Assembly (NCBI RefSeq): GCF_000011805.1
Contig: NC_006840.2
Source: Aliivibrio fischeri ES114
GTDB lineage: Bacteria > Pseudomonadota > Gammaproteobacteria > Enterobacterales > Vibrionaceae
DNA length: 32,000 bases
Strand: one strand, 5' to 3'
The translations under genes and the position numbers were made by a program. Each line of letters begins with the position of its first letter. The first letter of the stretch is position 1. Below the pieces are notes generated by a model. That model saw only the letters and a list, made by a program, of their open reading frames with translations. It was not told where the DNA came from and made no database searches. Below, piece after piece: positions 29,046 to 32,000 of this stretch.

Positions 29046-30185
29046 TTACTGCAGTAAAGTTAGTGCAGCGTTTGGTAACTGTTTCGCTTGAGCAAGAATA
29101 GAAGTACTAGACTGCTGAAGGATTTGTGCTTTTGTCATGTTTGTTGTTTCTTTAGCAAAATCAGTATCTTTGATTCGGCTGTTAGAAGCAGATACATTCT
29201 CTTGAATGTTTGACAAGTTGTTGATGCTGTGACCTAGACGGTTTTGTTTAGCACCTAAATCAGCACGCTCACGGTCGATGTAAGCAAGAGCTGAATCGAT
29301 AACACCGATAGACACTTGTGCATCACCTACAGACGTTACGTCTAGTTTATCAACCGTTGCTTTAGAACCAAGACCACTTTCTAGGCCAAGTTCAGTTGCA
29401 AGGTTACCAGTGATTGATAGCTCACCTTCGATTGATGGTTCAGCAACAAACAGTTGAAGTTTACCTTCATCACCAACAGATGCTGAGATCTTGTCTGATT
29501 GACCGTTGATGTATGTTGCTAATTCTTCGATGTCGTCACCAGCTTTAGCACTGATATCGATAGAAACTGCTTCACCTTTCTTAGTAGTGAATTCTAGTTT
29601 CATGTCATTCTTACCAGGTTCTACGTTCCAAGATGCACTCTTGCCGTTTTCAGAAACGAAACGTTGGCCACCCATGCTGTCATCATCAGCACGAACTGAC
29701 GGTAACTTGATTAGGATTGCTTCACCAGCGTTAGCACCGATTTGGAATGCTGACTCACCGAATTGACCGTTAAGAAGACGACGACCACCGAATGATGTTG
29801 TCTCTGCGATACGGTTTAGTTCATCAGATAGTGCGTGAACTTCTTCTTGGATAGAAGCACGATCTTGGTCTGAGTTTGAACCATTTGCCGCTTGTAGTGA
29901 TAAATCACGCATACGTTGAAGGATATTAGTCGATTCGTTCATCGCACCTTCAGCTGTTTGAGCGATAGAAATACCATCGTTCGCGTTACGCATAGCAACA
30001 TCAAGACCACGAGTCTGAGCTGTTAAGCGGTTAGAAATTTGTAGACCAGCAGCGTCATCTTTTGCGCTGTTGATTTTAGTACCTGACGATAAACGCTCCA
30101 TTGAGTTGTTTAGGTCATTTGTTGCGTTGTTTAGGTAACGCTGCGCAGTCATCGCAGATACGTTAGTATTTACATTTACAGCCAT
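29046..30185 (-). CDS. flaA: Polar flagellin FlaA (paralog 1)
   Basis: 379-aa flagellin [35 protein letters not shown]; adjacent to flgL and preceded by a sigma-54 promoter, as for FlaA in other Vibrionaceae. Confidence 0.93.
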   Translation of the reverse strand: MAVNVNTNVSAMTAQRYLNNATNDLNNSMERLSSGTKINSAKDDAAGLQISNRLTAQTRGLDVAMRNANDGISIAQTAEGAMNESTNILQRMRDLSLQAANGSNSDQDRASIQEEVHALSDELNRIAETTSFGGRRLLNGQFGESAFQIGANAGEAILIKLPSVRADDDSMGGQRFVSENGKSASWNVEPGKNDMKLEFTTKKGEAVSIDISAKAGDDIEELATYINGQSDKISASVGDEGKLQLFVAEPSIEGELSITGNLATELGLESGLGSKATVDKLDVTSVGDAQVSIGVIDSALAYIDRERADLGAKQNRLGHSINNLSNIQENVSASNSRIKDTDFAKETTNMTKAQILQQSSTSILAQAKQLPNAALTLLQ

Positions 30186-30254
30186 CGTTGCTCTCCTTTG
30201 GCTTCGCTTTCACGAAAACTCATTTCTGCTCTATTCAGAAATATTTAAATTTAT

Positions 30255-30282
30255 ATCAGCCACAATCAGCCACAATCAGCCA
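30255..30282. repeat. 2.8 copies of a 10-bp tandem repeat in the flaA leader
   Basis: ATCAGCCACA ATCAGCCACA ATCAGCCA. Confidence 0.95.
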
Positions 30283-30452
30283 ATAGTTATTCTGTGCCAT
30301 GTAATTTACATATCAATTCCCATGCCAAGATGAGAAAAATATGCACATTAATGACCGACATACAAAAGCAAAGCCTTCAACTCTACTCTGCAACTGCTAT
30401 GCCACTATTTACCATTGGCAAACTGTGAGCTTCTCAGTCATAGTTATTAATT

Positions 30453-30468
30453 AGCATAAGGTGTGCCA
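30453..30468 (-). promoter_or_regulatory. Predicted sigma-54 promoter for flaA
   Basis: Minus strand TGGCACACCTTATGCT, full TGGCAC -24 element, GG-N10-GC spacing. Confidence 0.8.
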
Positions 30469-30618
30469 GTTTTTTAAATAAATGCTTCAATATAAGCAAA
30501 AACAAATAAAAATCACTAAATAACAATAACTTACAAAATGGTCGCATTCTTTGTTTTTCCACTTTTGATAGAAAAAATAAGAATGAAAAATATTTTTGCC
30601 GCTTAATGAACAATAGGG

Positions 30619-30687
30619 TTTGCCGCTTTTTTTCACCTTTGCCTCAATAAATAAACGACTATTTATCTGCTACTAAAAAGCGGCAAA
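30619..30687. repeat. 13-bp inverted repeat upstream of flaA promoter
   Basis: TTTGCCGCTTTTT (30619-30631) and AAAAAGCGGCAAA (30675-30687), with a nested ATAAATA/TATTTAT inverted repeat (30647-30666). Confidence 0.85.
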
Positions 30688-30752
30688 AAAACAAACAGAG
30701 CGGCAAGGCATTTCCCATGCAATATATTGATAATTCAATTAGTTATAGAAAT

Positions 30753-30779
30753 AAAAAAGCCTAACATCACTGCTAGGCT
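30753..30779 (-). terminator. Rho-independent terminator downstream of flgL
   Basis: Minus strand AGCCTA-10 nt-TAGGCT followed by TTTTT. Confidence 0.85.
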
Positions 30780-30803
30780 CTCTATTTTATTTAATGGTGG
30801 TAT

Positions 30804-31997
30804 TTACACGTAATTAAATAAAGTAATGTCTTTTACTTTACCAAACGCTTGTTGAGATGCTTGGAGTGCTCGTGTATTTTCATTAAATTCGATTACGGCT
30901 TGTGCGTAATCTAAATCTTCAATTGAACTTAATGACTTCGACAAGGTTAAATCAAAATCTTGATGCTGTTGTTCTTGTTGATCTAACGTATTTTGTCTTG
31001 TACCCACTTCAGCTCGTGCTTGGCTTAAATGAATAAATGCAGCATGAAATTCATCGGTTACTTGCTGAAGTTCTGCTGTTGTTGATGCATCAGCTACATC
31101 ATTTAACGCTAATTCAGACGCTTTCTTAAATGAATCAAAGATACTAATGGTTTTCTTTGGCTCAAGAGTGATCACATCACCTGACTTTAATTGGCCACGG
31201 ATCTGGATATCAACACCTTCATATTTAATCCCTTCTGATGGATCAAATTGAGCATTTTTAACCACACTACCATCTTTTGATAATTGGTAATTATATTGAC
31301 CATTTGCCGAAGCACTAAAGCTCACTTCATACGTTGCAGGGTCAGTATAATTTGTATTTGTTGCTTGTGATAACAACAGTTCAGATCCTTCTTGCAAAGC
31401 ATACTGTGGATCATAATCACCAAATGGATTTTTGATTTCAGTGAACAGTTTGCTACCAGCGTCATTTACCGCTACTTCAATTGAACCTGATACCTTTAAC
31501 TTACGTTGATATTCATCACCAGCATAAGCAACGGTGCCGTCATTGGCTTTAAAAAACGGCTGTGTTTTCGGTTTCGTACCAGAAAATAAGTAGTTTCCTG
31601 ATTCATCTAACATGTTAGTCAGATTCAAGAAGTTACTTGCGATACCTTTTAAGTCTTGTGCATGAGCGTAACGATCTTCTGGTGCTAATGAACCATTGAT
31701 CATTTCCATTACGCTACGTTTTGCATCATCCGCAAACTGCTCGGCATTCGCAATCGCAACTTCATGGCGCTCTAAACGGTTACGTGCCAATGTAATAGTA
31801 TCTGTATATTGGCGTAACTCTTCTTTCTTTTGAGTTAGGTTTTGAGCATATAACGCTGCAACGGGATCATCACCTGCTGTTAATAGCTTTTTACCTGATG
31901 CTAATTGTGCACTGTTATGATGCACTTTCGCTTCTTGGCGCGAAATATCATTTTGCACCGCTTGGTAATTATGAAAGCTTGAAATACGATTTAACAT
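30804..31997 (-). CDS. flgL: Flagellar hook-associated protein 3 FlgL
   Basis: 397-aa ORF MLNRISSFHNYQAVQNDISRQEAKVHHNSAQLASGKKLLTAGDDPVAALYAQNL with C-terminal flagellin-like domain. Confidence 0.96.
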   Translation of the reverse strand: MLNRISSFHNYQAVQNDISRQEAKVHHNSAQLASGKKLLTAGDDPVAALYAQNLTQKKEELRQYTDTITLARNRLERHEVAIANAEQFADDAKRSVMEMINGSLAPEDRYAHAQDLKGIASNFLNLTNMLDESGNYLFSGTKPKTQPFFKANDGTVAYAGDEYQRKLKVSGSIEVAVNDAGSKLFTEIKNPFGDYDPQYALQEGSELLLSQATNTNYTDPATYEVSFSASANGQYNYQLSKDGSVVKNAQFDPSEGIKYEGVDIQIRGQLKSGDVITLEPKKTISIFDSFKKASELALNDVADASTTAELQQVTDEFHAAFIHLSQARAEVGTRQNTLDQQEQQHQDFDLTLSKSLSSIEDLDYAQAVIEFNENTRALQASQQAFGKVKDITLFNYV

Positions 31998-32000
31998 ACT

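Noticed and set aside
30286-30301. TGGCAC-like sequence on the minus strand (TGGCACAGAATAAC) as second flaA sigma-54 promoter
   Set aside because: Has the -24 half but no GC at the required N10 spacing; the site at 30453-30468 is far better.
1-32000. Search for a defence system, prophage, integron, CRISPR array, toxin-antitoxin or biosynthetic cluster
   Set aside because: All long ORFs except the PilZ gene are canonical flagellar genes in a known order; no integrase, transposase, spacer arrays, tRNA or att-like repeats were seen.

Overview
This window is a long, mostly minus-strand polar-flagellum locus of Vibrionaceae type. The five-flagellin block next to flgL is most like Aliivibrio/Vibrio fischeri; that taxonomic call is inference. 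Reading upstream to downstream on the minus strand, the order is flgL, five tandem flagellins (flaA-E), flaG, fliD, flaI/fliT-like, fliS, flrA, flrB, flrC, fliE-F-G-H-I-J, fliK-L-M-N-O-P-Q-R, flhB and flhA (truncated by the window edge). The only clear plus-strand gene is a PilZ-domain protein between flhB and flhA. I see no mobile element, CRISPR array, tRNA/rRNA or defence system, and no evidence of a wholly new biological system. The most interesting content is regulatory: (1) good sigma-54 promoters upstream of flhA, fliK, fliE, flrB and flaA; (2) the flrB sigma-54 promoter lies inside the flrA terminator hairpin, which also shows the longest flrB ORF start is wrong; (3) sigma-28 promoters before flaC and flaD with a shared 19-bp core; (4) a 23-bp tandem duplication carrying a -10 hexamer before the PilZ gene; (5) a cluster of TTTGCCGCTT elements including a 13-bp inverted repeat upstream of flaA; (6) a 13-bp-arm hairpin between fliG and fliH; (7) competing hairpins at the flaC ribosome-binding site. 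Motif matches were done by eye and all regulatory roles need experimental support.
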